A stretch of DNA of 64,000 bases from Octopus vulgaris (Eukaryota), in contig OX597833.1 of assembly GCA_951406725.2 (NCBI GenBank), positions 20,708,001 to 20,772,000 on the forward strand, in the 5' to 3' direction. The notes under the pieces were generated by a model. That model was not told where the DNA came from, searched no databases, and was given only the letters and a program-made list of their open reading frames with translations. Within the stretch, counting starts at the first letter, position 1. Each line of letters starts with the position of its first letter. Shown piece by piece: positions 63,733-64,000 of the stretch. The translations under genes and the position numbers were made by a program.

Positions 63733-64000
63733 CTGAAAATACAAGATTATGCTGACATTAGGGCAGTAAACAAGGCAACATGGACTCACAGAGAATTAGC
63801 TGACAATGGTGAGAATTAGTGAGCAAGGACTCGAGTAAGTCCTTGGTGCTTGCTCTCTAAAGCATCCTTAACATGATGGATATCCATCCAGCCAGCCACT
63901 TTTCCCATCCACTATTCCTGAGAAGGTTGTTGGAGTAGAGTGCTCTGGCACCACTTCCACAGGGTCCTATTAGTAGCAACTGTCACTTAGCCATATTTTA

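Overview
This is AT-rich, microsatellite- and SINE-dense animal genomic DNA; the repeat families suggest an octopus (cephalopod) genome, which is an inference. The whole window lies inside one minus-strand gene, cytoplasmic dynein-2 heavy chain (DYNC2H1). I traced 18 internal coding exons by hand. All have GT-AG boundaries and continuous phase, and they total 3168 nt (1056 codons), covering the end of AAA3, AAA4, the stalk with its microtubule-binding domain, AAA5 and the start of the buttress region. The gene continues beyond both window edges. About 95% of the window is intron. The introns carry at least four tRNA-headed SINE families, RTE and CR1 LINE 3' ends, Tc1/mariner relics (DD34D, D34E, D41D), hAT/piggyBac/mariner MITEs, a probable non-autonomous Helitron and Penelope-like pieces. 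The most notable unannotated signals are: (1) type-I hammerhead-ribozyme-like motifs from several unrelated repeat families, including a retrozyme-like 353-bp tandem unit with a TSD and a tRNA-head+hammerhead composite; (2) a highly structured ~200-nt non-tRNA retroposon with a 17-bp TSD; (3) a triplicated splice-donor cassette; (4) long intronic inverted repeats. All family assignments come from motif recognition and recalled sequences; no database search was run.
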